From a virus (Duplodnaviria; Caudoviricetes), in IMG/VR virus record IMGVR_UViG_3300006917_000151, positions 1-24,189 of that record: DNA of 24,189 bases, one strand, 5' to 3'. The translations under genes and the position numbers were made by a program. The notes under the pieces were generated by a model. The model worked only from the letters and a program-made list of their open reading frames with translations, searched no databases and was not told the origin of the DNA. Below are positions 1-8,500 of this stretch, one piece after another. Numbering within the stretch: the first letter of the stretch is position 1; each line of letters begins with the position of its first letter.

Positions 1-1299
1 ATCGAGGAGGACGACGAGGACGTGGTGCGGTGCACGTCGTTCCCCATCGGCAGCTACATGATGGCCAACGATGCCAAGGGCCGCGTGCGCGTGTTTGCCC
101 GTGAGTTCCAGATGACGGTGCGGCAGATTGTGGAGCAGTTCTGCACTGACGATTTTGGACGTGTCAATCTGTCGAATGCCTCGACGACGGTACGCGAGCT
201 GTACGATCAGAACCAGCTCGAGAGCCGCATAGACATCACGCACTGCGTGGGGCCGAACCCCGAGGCCGACGCCAGCAAGGTGGCATCAAAGTACAAGCCG
301 TTCGCGTCGTGGTATTGGGAGACGGGGACCGCCAAGGACGGCGCGTTGCTTGGCTTCCTGCAGAAGCGTGGGTACGACGAGTTCCCCATCATGGCCACGC
401 GGTGGGAGGTGACGGGCGAGGACGTGTATGCCACGGACTGCCCCGGCATGACGGCGCTCGGCGACATCAAGCAGCTGCAACTGGCGGAGAAGCGCATCTT
501 CCAAGCGGTCGAGAAGATGATTTCCCCGCCGATGCGTGCGCCCGCTGGGCTCAAGAACTCGCGGCTCAGCTTCGCCCCGAATGACATCTCGTATGTCCCC
601 GACGTGCAGGGCGAAGGCATCCGGCCCATGCAGGAGATTCGGCCAGACGTCAGCCACCTCGAGCTGAAGCAGCAGCAGGCGCGGCAGCGCATTGAGGCGG
701 CGTTCTTCGCGGACCTGTTCCTCATGATTGCCAATGACCGCCGGGCGCAGCGAGCCACCGCGACCGAAATCGAGGCGCGGCATGAAGAGAAGCTGCTGGC
801 GCTTGGCCCGGTGCTCGAGCGGCTCAATCAGGAGCTGCTGAACCCCGCGATCGACCGCATCTTTGCCATCATGGTGCGTCGAGACATGCTGCCGCCGCCG
901 CCGGAGGAGATGCAGGGGCTCGCCCTGCGCGTGGAGTACATCTCCATCATGGCCGCTGCGCAGCGGATGGTGGGTATCGGCGGCATTGACCGACTGGCCG
1001 GGTTCGTCACCAACCTCGCAGCGAACACGCAGAACCCGCAGGTGCTCGACAAGATTGACACGGACCAGATGGTTGACGAGTATGCCGACATGATGGGCGT
1101 CTCGCCCCGTGTCGTGCGGCCAGATGAGGACGTGGAGGCCATGCGAGCGGAGCGGGCAAGGGCACAGGCAGCGATGCAGGCCGCGCAGCAGGCGCAGATG
1201 GAGGCCGATGCGATGGCAAAGCTGGGCACAATCAAGACGGACCAACCCAACGCCATGACGGACCTGCTCGGGATGCAGGGCACGCCGGGCGTCGTGTAA
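1..1299 (+). CDS. Phage portal / head-tail connector protein (5'-truncated), BPP-1/T7 gp8-like family
   Basis: Frame is open from position 1 (IEEDDEDVVRC...). Motifs RWEVTGEDVYA, PGMTALGDIKQLQ, ATATEIEARHEEKLLALGPVLERL and VEYISIMAAAQR, and a Q/A-rich C-terminus, are typical of podoviral head-tail connectors. Lies upstream of scaffold and capsid genes. Confidence 0.93.
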   Translation: MEEDDEDVVRCTSFPIGSYMMANDAKGRVRVFAREFQMTVRQIVEQFCTDDFGRVNLSNASTTVRELYDQNQLESRIDITHCVGPNPEADASKVASKYKPFASWYWETGTAKDGALLGFLQKRGYDEFPIMATRWEVTGEDVYATDCPGMTALGDIKQLQLAEKRIFQAVEKMISPPMRAPAGLKNSRLSFAPNDISYVPDVQGEGIRPMQEIRPDVSHLELKQQQARQRIEAAFFADLFLMIANDRRAQRATATEIEARHEEKLLALGPVLERLNQELLNPAIDRIFAIMVRRDMLPPPPEEMQGLALRVEYISIMAAAQRMVGIGGIDRLAGFVTNLAANTQNPQVLDKIDTDQMVDEYADMMGVSPRVVRPDEDVEAMRAERARAQAAMQAAQQAQMEADAMAKLGTIKTDQPNAMTDLLGMQGTPGVV

Positions 1300-1310
1300 C
1301 GGAGAAAGGC

Positions 1311-1589
1311 ATGGCAACCCAGAAGAAGAAGTACGTCACGTTTGCGGTTGATCGCATCGAGGGCGACCGGGTCATTCTGCAGCGGGACGACGACGGGTCG
1401 GTGGTTGAGCGGCCCTTGGCGTCGATGCGTGGGGCACGGGAGAGCATGATTTACCGCGTGCCGATGTCGGCGAGCGGTCTCAACTGGTCGGGTGCGATGG
1501 CCGACCGGATGGCGACCGCCTCGCGGATGCAGTCTGCGCGACAGCAGCGGAAGGGGCTGGCGGAGCGCATGTATCCCGACATGCGATGA
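1311..1589 (+). CDS. Small hypothetical protein with DUF3006-like N-terminus
   Basis: RBS-like GGAGAAAGG upstream. FAVDRIEGDRVILQ resembles the DUF3006 'DRxEGDxAVL' motif. ATGA overlap with the next gene. Confidence 0.65.
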   Translation: MATQKKKYVTFAVDRIEGDRVILQRDDDGSVVERPLASMRGARESMIYRVPMSASGLNWSGAMADRMATASRMQSARQQRKGLAERMYPDMR

Positions 1590-1864
1590 ACAAAGACAAG
1601 CGTCACACCGACCTGTTGGCGGACGCCGACTTGGCGTGGGTGCTGAGCGATGCCCGTGGTCGCCGGGTGTTGTGGCGCATTATTGCCAGTGCGGGTGTGT
1701 GGGAGCGCATCCGGGCACCGAACCCGGATATCCACTACCGCGAAGGACGCCGCGACGTCGGCATTGAGCTGATGGAGCGGATTGACAGCGTGGACAACGC
1801 CACGATCCCGCTGATGATGCAGGAAGCCCGCAATCAGGAGCTACTCGATGACCGACGCAGGTAA
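1586..1864 (+). CDS. Bbp19-like small head-associated protein
   Basis: DLAWVLSDARGRRVLWRII...YREGRRDVG matches the pattern of the small gene between portal and scaffold in BPP-1-like phages. Confidence 0.8.
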   Translation: MNKDKRHTDLLADADLAWVLSDARGRRVLWRIIASAGVWERIRAPNPDIHYREGRRDVGIELMERIDSVDNATIPLMMQEARNQELLDDRRR

Positions 1865-2477
1865 CCCCACCGCCACTCCCGAGAGCCCGGCGGTCGGCAG
1901 CAGCACCCCCTCATCCGAGGGGTCGCAGGACACCACCGTGGGGACGTTGCTGACGCCCCCCTCCGACCAGCCGTCCAGCAGCGAGCCTACGGTCCCTGAG
2001 ACCTACAAGCTCCAGCTGCCCGACGACTCGCCGCTGGATACCTCTGCCCTCGAGCGCGTGACCGCGCTGGCCAAGAGCCTCAAGGTCACGACTGACGAGT
2101 CCGCACAGGCTATTGCGCAGGCGCTGCATGCAGAGGTCGCGAGCTACCAGCAGGGGCTGATGGAGGCGAATGCCAAAGGCGGCGAACTCTGGAAGGCGCG
2201 GGTAAGTGACATGGAGAAGCAGGCGCTGTCGGACCCCGATATTGGCGGGACCGCCGAGCGGCTGCAGCAATCGGTACAGCACAGTCGTCAGGTGCTGGAT
2301 CGGTTCGGGGATGCCAGCGTCCGGGACTTTCTCGAGGAGACCGGACTGGGCTCGAGCCCTGCACTGATCAAGATGCTGACGCGCATTTACCGTGCGATGG
2401 GCGAGGACACGTTTGTCGTGCCCAGCACGTCGCACAAGTCACAGCCGAAGACGCTCGCTGAGCGCATCTACGGCTAA
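1848..2477 (+). CDS. Capsid assembly scaffolding protein
   Basis: Low-complexity S/T/P-rich N-terminus, VPETYKLQLP, LEETGLGSSPALIKML...GED and terminal LAERIYG. AGGAG RBS. Immediately upstream of the capsid gene. Confidence 0.85.
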   Translation: MTDAGNPTATPESPAVGSSTPSSEGSQDTTVGTLLTPPSDQPSSSEPTVPETYKLQLPDDSPLDTSALERVTALAKSLKVTTDESAQAIAQALHAEVASYQQGLMEANAKGGELWKARVSDMEKQALSDPDIGGTAERLQQSVQHSRQVLDRFGDASVRDFLEETGLGSSPALIKMLTRIYRAMGEDTFVVPSTSHKSQPKTLAERIYG

Positions 2478-2499
2478 ATCACACTGGAGAATCTGAACC

Positions 2500-3492
2500 A
2501 TGGCTGAACTTTCGAACCTGCGTCCGACGCTCGTTGACGTCGCGAAGCGCCTTGATCCCGATGGCAAGATTGCGGCGATTGCCGAGCTGCTTGCCCAGAC
2601 CAACCCGATCCTGCAGGACATGGTCTTCAAGGAGGGCAACCTCCCGACCGGTCATCGCTCGACCGCCCGCACCACGCTTCCGGGCGTGTCGTGGCGTCGT
2701 GTGAACGCGGGTACCACCCCGACCAAGTCGAAGACCGCGCAGACTGAGGACCAGACCGCGATCCTCGATGCGTGGAGCGAGATCGACAAGAAGGTCGCTG
2801 ACCTCAACGGCAACACCGCCGCGTGGCGTCTCTCGGAGGCTTCGGCCTTCATCGAGGCCATGAATCAGGAGATGGTCGGCACGCTCTTCTATGGCAACAG
2901 CAACACCGACGAGAAGGAGTTCACGGGCTTTGCCCCGCGTTACGCCTCCCCGACGGGCAGCACCGGCCAGAACGTCCTCGATGCGGGCGGCTCGGGCTCG
3001 GACAACACCTCGATCTTCCTCGTGGTGTGGGGCGACAACTGCCACGGCATCTACCCGAAGGGGTCGACCGCTGGCCTCAAGCACACCGACTACGGGCTGC
3101 AGGTGATTGAGAACGCCGGTGGCGTGTCTGGGGCGCTCATGGAGGGCTACCGCGACCACTACGAGTGGGAGATGGGCCTGCACATCCGTGACTGGCGCTA
3201 CGTTGTTCGTATCGGCTCGATCGACGTCTCGAACCTTGGCGGGGCCAGCGAGGCTGACCTGACCAAGTTCATGACCAAGGCTGTGCATCGCATCCCGATG
3301 CTGGCGGCTGGCCGTGCGGCGTTCTATTGCAACCGGACGGTTGCGCAGTACCTCGACATCCAGCGTCAGGCTGCTGTCGCCGGTGGCGGGCAGCTCTCGT
3401 ATCAGGTTGTCGACGGCATCTGGACGTCCATGTTCCGTGGCATCCCGATCCGCACGGTCGATCAGATCGTCGAGAACGAAGCCGCCGTCTGA
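2500..3492 (+). CDS. Major capsid protein (BPP-1 Bbp17-like)
   Basis: 330 aa. PTLVDVAKRLDPDG, IAELLAQTNPILQDM, EGNLPTGHR, GIYPKGSTAGL, GLHIRDWRYVVRI, FRGIPIRTVDQI. Strong codon bias and GGAGA RBS. Confidence 0.93.
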   Translation: MAELSNLRPTLVDVAKRLDPDGKIAAIAELLAQTNPILQDMVFKEGNLPTGHRSTARTTLPGVSWRRVNAGTTPTKSKTAQTEDQTAILDAWSEIDKKVADLNGNTAAWRLSEASAFIEAMNQEMVGTLFYGNSNTDEKEFTGFAPRYASPTGSTGQNVLDAGGSGSDNTSIFLVVWGDNCHGIYPKGSTAGLKHTDYGLQVIENAGGVSGALMEGYRDHYEWEMGLHIRDWRYVVRIGSIDVSNLGGASEADLTKFMTKAVHRIPMLAAGRAAFYCNRTVAQYLDIQRQAAVAGGGQLSYQVVDGIWTSMFRGIPIRTVDQIVENEAAV

Positions 3493-3522
3493 TCACTGAC
3501 CATTTACTTAGAGGACTAACAC

Positions 3523-3975
3523 ATGCGTACTGATGCTTTCCTTCTTCTCTCCGACGCGCAGGCCGTGACGGTCGACGCGGTGTCGACGAACGCCCTCGCG
3601 CTTGGCGCGGCTGGCGTTGACGTCGGAATCGGCGAGCCCCTCGCCGTGGTGTTCGTGATCGACGTCGCGGCGGATTACACCAGCGGCAACGAGACCTACA
3701 AGTTCGCCGTGCGTACGGCGACGGCCAGCGATGGCACGACCGGGGCGGTCTCGATCGTGGAGACTCCGGATATTGCCGGCAGCGCCCTTACCGCTGGCAC
3801 GCGCTTCGCGCTTCTGCTTCCGCAGAACCGGATTGCGTCGACGGCCACGCACCTCGCGGCGTACTATGACGTGAGCGGCACGACGCCGTCTGTCACGGTG
3901 ACCGCGTTTGTGCAGCCCGCCTCGATGGTCCAGAACGACAAGTACTTCGCTTCTGGCTTCACGGTTGGCGCGTAA
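3523..3975 (+). CDS. Capsid cement/decoration protein (Bbp16-like)
   Basis: 150 aa beta-rich protein starting MRTDAFLLLSDAQAVT...STN, with DVGIGEPL. Directly after the capsid gene. AGAGGA RBS. Confidence 0.8.
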   Translation: MRTDAFLLLSDAQAVTVDAVSTNALALGAAGVDVGIGEPLAVVFVIDVAADYTSGNETYKFAVRTATASDGTTGAVSIVETPDIAGSALTAGTRFALLLPQNRIASTATHLAAYYDVSGTTPSVTVTAFVQPASMVQNDKYFASGFTVGA

Positions 3976-4001
3976 CCTTCACTGACGGAGAGGATTGACT
4001 G

Positions 4002-4223
4002 ATGCGTGTGCGTGTAACGGTACCAGTGGCATTCAATGGCGAACATCGTGTGTACGAGGGTGATGAGTTTGAGATCCCGAATGGCACGCCAATCGCCTCA
4101 TGGATGGAGCTGATAGACGACACGCCCACGCCAGTCGCCGCTCCGCGTGGACGGCCAAAGGGGAAGGCGGGGGCAGACGCTCCCGCCAACCCCAGCCGGG
4201 TTTCTGATGTGTCAGTTGGGTAA
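4002..4223 (+). CDS. Small hypothetical head-module protein
   Basis: Strong RBS GGAGAGGA. 'YEGDEFEI...SWME' core with a basic/Pro tail (PRGRPKGK), a common gene type after capsid/cement genes. Confidence 0.75.
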   Translation: MRVRVTVPVAFNGEHRVYEGDEFEIPNGTPIASWMELIDDTPTPVAAPRGRPKGKAGADAPANPSRVSDVSVG

Positions 4224-4251
4224 CTGAAAACTTTAAGGATAGAGAATAAAC

Positions 4252-4413
4252 ATGCCGCTCAAGAGTAAGGCGCAGATGCGGTTGATGTATGCAGTGGCTG
4301 GCGGCACGGCAAAAGTACCGGGCCTCAGTAAGGCGGAGGCAAAGAAGATGATCGCCCACACGCCCAGCAAGGCAAAGAAGAAGTTGCCTGCTCGGACGCG
4401 GCGAGGGCGATAG
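4252..4413 (+). CDS. Small basic protein, 53 aa (MPLKSKAQMRLMYAVAGGTAKVPGLSKAEAKKMIAHTPSKAKKKLPARTRRGR); not in ORF track
   Basis: Translated by hand from ATG 4252 to TAG 4411-4413. Fills the gap exactly, 1 nt before the next ATG. The MPxKSKAQxR start is familiar from small phage proteins. Confidence 0.75.
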   Translation: MPLKSKAQMRLMYAVAGGTAKVPGLSKAEAKKMIAHTPSKAKKKLPARTRRGR

Positions 4414-4414
4414 C

Positions 4415-4690
4415 ATGTCTATTGAGCGCGGTGGCGAGCGGTTCGCGGGGTATAACAAGCCCAAGCGCACGCCGGGCCATCCCGACAAGAGCCATGCGGT
4501 CCTTGCGAAAGTTGGCGACACGATCCGGTTGATCCGATTCGGGCAGCAGGGTGTTTCTGGTTCGCCACGGCGTGAGGGCGAAAGTACGTCTGCGCGAAAG
4601 CGTCGAGAATCCTTCCGGGCTCGACATGCAGCTAATATTGCCAAGGGACGGCTGAGTGCCGCCTACTGGGCGAACAAAGTCAAGTGGTGA
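4415..4690 (+). CDS. Small highly basic protein (RRxSFRARH...SAAYW family)
   Basis: 91 aa, K/R-rich. LIRFGQQG and RRESFRARH...SAAYWANKVKW motifs recur in phage hypothetical proteins (DUF6321/DUF5754-like, from memory). Confidence 0.75.
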   Translation: MSIERGGERFAGYNKPKRTPGHPDKSHAVLAKVGDTIRLIRFGQQGVSGSPRREGESTSARKRRESFRARHAANIAKGRLSAAYWANKVKW

Positions 4691-4702
4691 CGTGGAGGAA
4701 CC

Positions 4703-5524
4703 ATGGCGGCGAGCGTAGAGGCGATCTGTGAGTTGGCTCTCGGGCATCTTGGGATGGCCGATACGATTACGGATGTTACGACGGATCAGACGGCGGTCGC
4801 TCGTGCGTTTCGGCGGTTTTATGAGCAGTCGCGGGATGAGGTGCTCACCGCGTTCCCGTGGACGTTTGCCAAGCGGTATTGGGATTTTCTTGAGCAGGAC
4901 GGCACTGGTACGGTGTATATCCATTCACATACATCGCACTACGACGCTGATTTTACGTCCAGTCAGGATCTGTACCTTGGTGTAGGCGACACCATTACGG
5001 TCAATGGCACGACGTACACAATGGTCGAGCGCCACAATGTGAACACATGGCATGTAACGCCATCCATTTCACAGGTTGCCGGTTCCACTTTCACGATCGC
5101 GAAAAAGCGGTTGACGGACCCGACGCTGGACTGGGCGTATGCCTATCGCATGCCTGCGGATATCCTGCAGCCGCTTCGGCTGGTCGACGGCAACCGCACG
5201 CCGATCCGATCGAACTGGCCGGTGTTCTGGACTGGCGAGGACGACACCAGCAAGCTGTTGTATTGCAATTACGACACCGACGTGATCATGGAATACGTCA
5301 AGTCCGTGACCGACGTGACGAAGTTTCCCGTACTGTTTACTCAGGCTTTGGCGTGTAAACTTGCGTTTTATGCAGCGCCGTTGCTCGTTGGTGGTGATAG
5401 CAGCCAAGTGAGTGCGCGCGTGGCGCAGATGTATGTGTCGTTCCTCGCCGAGGCCCGCGCGATGGATGCGATGCGTAGTCGACCGGATGATGACGCAGAC
5501 GCCGAGCTGATTCAGGGCCGCTAA
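4703..5524 (+). CDS. Tail adaptor / tail tubular protein A (T7 gp11-like) with internal insertion
   Basis: GGAGGA RBS. ICELALGHLG, FYEQSRDEVL...FPWTFA, WAYAYRMPADIL and FPVLFTQALACKLA motifs. About 70 extra residues between PWTFA and WAYAY. Confidence 0.85.
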   Translation: MAASVEAICELALGHLGMADTITDVTTDQTAVARAFRRFYEQSRDEVLTAFPWTFAKRYWDFLEQDGTGTVYIHSHTSHYDADFTSSQDLYLGVGDTITVNGTTYTMVERHNVNTWHVTPSISQVAGSTFTIAKKRLTDPTLDWAYAYRMPADILQPLRLVDGNRTPIRSNWPVFWTGEDDTSKLLYCNYDTDVIMEYVKSVTDVTKFPVLFTQALACKLAFYAAPLLVGGDSSQVSARVAQMYVSFLAEARAMDAMRSRPDDDADAELIQGR

Positions 5525-8500
5525 ATGACGATTGATCCGAGTGGCAAGCGATACATCGATAAGCTGATCGGTGAAATCGCTGGTGGCCCGACTGGACCGA
5601 CTGGTCCGTCGGGTGTTCCCGGAATTATGGGATTGCCCGGAGCGCAGGGGCCATCTGGGCCGAGCGGTCCGAGTGGTCCGTCTGGTGCACCGGGCGTCAT
5701 GGGTCTCCCCGGATCGAGTGGTCCGACAGGGCCGACGGGAGCCACCGGCCCGACTGGGCCATCCGGTGTGCCGGGCATTATGGGTCTACCGGGCGTCAGC
5801 GGGCCGACCGGGCCTACCGGACCAACGGGGTCTACCGGACCGACGGGTGCTTCTGGCGTGCCCGGTATCATGGGTCTGCCGGGTGTCAGTGGGCCGACTG
5901 GACCGACTGGAGCAACCGGATCGACTGGCCCAACAGGTCCAACTGGAGCATCTGGCGTTCCGGGCATTATGGGCTTGCCGGGATCGAGCGGACCCTCTGG
6001 ACCCTCTGGCCCTACCGGAGCGACTGGTCCCTCTGGCCCATCCGGCCCGAGCGGGCCGACAGGCCCAACGGGCGCTACCGGCCCAACCGGACCCAGTGGC
6101 GTTCCGGGGATCATGGGATTGCCGGGTTCCAGCGGTCCCAGTGGCCCTAGTGGTCTCACCGGTCCAACCGGTGCAACTGGTGCGACTGGCGTAACTGGAC
6201 CGACAGGCCCAAGCGGTGCGACCGGACCAGCTGGCCCATCTGGACCAACTGGGCCGAGTGGTGTTCCCGGAGTGATGGGTCTTCCCGGCCCTTCTGGTTT
6301 GAGCGGAGCATCTGGCCCGTCTGGTCCGTCTGGGCCGTCTGGTCCTACAGGTCCATCCGGCCCCATCGGTCCATCAGGCCCCTCTGGTCCTTCCGGTCCC
6401 TCCGGGCCGTCCGGTCCTGCCGGAACCTCGCCGTGGCTCCTGAGTGGCAGTGACACCTACTACACCGCCGGAAGCGCGACGGTCGGCCGGACGCCAGTAG
6501 CTGGCTGGAATCTTTTCGTGCGAGGCGCTGGCGCGACGAACGCGACATACGCCTTTGGCGCGGAGAACTCGTCGCAGACTGCGCTGTTTACCGTGCGGAA
6601 CGATGGCGCAGTTAACGTCTCGAATGGCCTGTTTACGGCGAGCGCAGGCATAGCAATCGGAAGCGGATACAACGCCACGCTTGTGGCGGGTGACGTTGCG
6701 CTGGTCAGTAATGCGGGATATGGCATCGTGTCTGCTGACACGACCCGTGCTATCGCCATCACGAACGCGGGCACGACCATCAACGACGGCCTGACCGTCA
6801 CCACGGCTGGCTCGTCAAATACGATCGTCACGAATAGCGCGGGCTATGTTGGCATCGGCGTGGTGCCATCGAGCTATCGCCTTGAGGTCAACGGGACGAT
6901 TTATACGTCCTCTGGTGGCGTTCGCTTCCCGGATGGCACGACCCAGACGACGGCGTTTACGGGCACGGCAAGCGTTGATGCCAATTCGCTGACAGGCACG
7001 ACGCTTGCCTCAAACGTGGTCAACTCGTCGCTGACCTTGGTGGGAACGCTGACGGGCCTGACGGTGAGCGGAGCCACCCCAACATTCAACACCGTCAATT
7101 CGACTGGCACGTTGACGCTTGGGTCTACGGCGGCAGTTTCGCAAGAGCAGCGTTTTCGGCTTATCAACAGCAACGTCACAAGTGGCGTTGAGCTTGTTCT
7201 AAATGCGGGTGGCACCGCGTGGGGTCTATACGACCGTACGGCGTCAAAGTGGGCGATGTCGATTACCCGTGGTGCGACCGATGCGAGCAACTTTCCGGGT
7301 TCGGTGTCCGTAACTGGTGCCCTATCTACCAGCAGTACGTTATCCGCAAGTTCGACATTGCAAGTTTCAAGCTATGCCGCCATCGGTGGCTCGTTGTCTG
7401 CGAATGCGCAGTTGTATGTTCGCGGCACAATGGTCGGTGTGGGTACAAATCAGTACGGCGTGTTGGCGCAGATGACGTTCCCAGTTGCGGCGACCAGTGG
7501 GATGTATGGTATCTATGTCGCGACAACTGGCGCGGCGGGTACTTACACGACATCCGATGCGATTGGCATCAATATTCAGCCGCACACGCTTGGGGCCGGT
7601 CAGACAGTCACCAATGCATATGGATTGTTGCTGGCGACTTCTTCGTATGCGGCAACCACCAAGTATGGCATCGCTATCGGTAGTGTCACCGGTGGCTCGA
7701 CCAATTACGCAATCTACACCAACACCGGGCTAGTTCGGTTTGGCGATGCGGTGACGATGACTGGCGACCTGACGGTGGACACCTCCACGCTCAAGGTCGA
7801 TAGCGCGAACAACCGCGTGGGTGTTGGGACGGCGAGTCCGGCACAGACGCTCGATGTTAGCGGTAGTGTGAATGTACGGTCTGCCTCGCCCACGGTATTC
7901 TTCGACCGCAATGGTTCATATACTTGGAGAATCGCAAACGGGGATGGTACTACCTATCCTCTGTCGTCATTCAACATTGCGAATAATGCGGGAACCGCCG
8001 CAATCACAATAACAGCGGCAAACGTTGTATCTATTGGTGGCAACACCGCGCTTCACGCTGGGAACTACAACTCCTACGCGCCGACCCTAACTGGCGGCGG
8101 GGCCAGCGGAACGTGGGGTATTAGTGTTACCGGCTCTGCCTCGTCTGCCTCGTCTGCCTCGTCTGCCACATTCGCAGACTCTGGAGCGGTTTTTGATACA
8201 CGCGGAAGCGTCACTGGCCCGCAGACGGGGGGCAAGCGCGTCCGCTTTGACTTCCTCGCCAACAGCACTGACGGCCTGAATGACGGGGGTAGCTATCACG
8301 GCGTGATGACGTTCCAGCAATGGGGCGATGCGTCAGGCGGTGGAACGCGCCAGCTTGGGTTTACGGACAACGACAACCTATGGATTCGAGGAAGTGGAAG
8401 CGGGCTCACATCGTACAACTCGTGGAAACTACTGCTTAACAGCAGCAACTACTCCTCCTACGCGCTTCCGCTAAGCGGTGGTGTACTAACGGGCGCGGTT

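Noticed and set aside
207-3288. Long minus-strand ORFs (e.g. 286-1317, 2479-3288)
   Set aside because: Typical antisense ORFs of GC-rich, codon-biased genes with no recognisable motifs.
3490-3525. Capsid-to-cement in-frame readthrough fusion
   Set aside because: The genes share a frame, but a second in-frame stop (TAA at 3517-3519) intervenes and the cement gene has its own RBS.
4216-4251. Possible promoter or terminator in AT-rich spacers (also 10669-10700)
   Set aside because: No convincing -35/-10 pair or hairpin plus U-tract could be identified.
5521-6456. 311-aa collagen-like ORF on the minus strand
   Set aside because: Antisense shadow of the Gly-Pro (GGN-CCN) repeats, which read as Gly/Pro on the opposite strand too. 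No supporting context.
8135-8167. 9-bp tandem repeat as a phase-variation switch
   Set aside because: Unit length is a multiple of three, so slippage only changes linker length.
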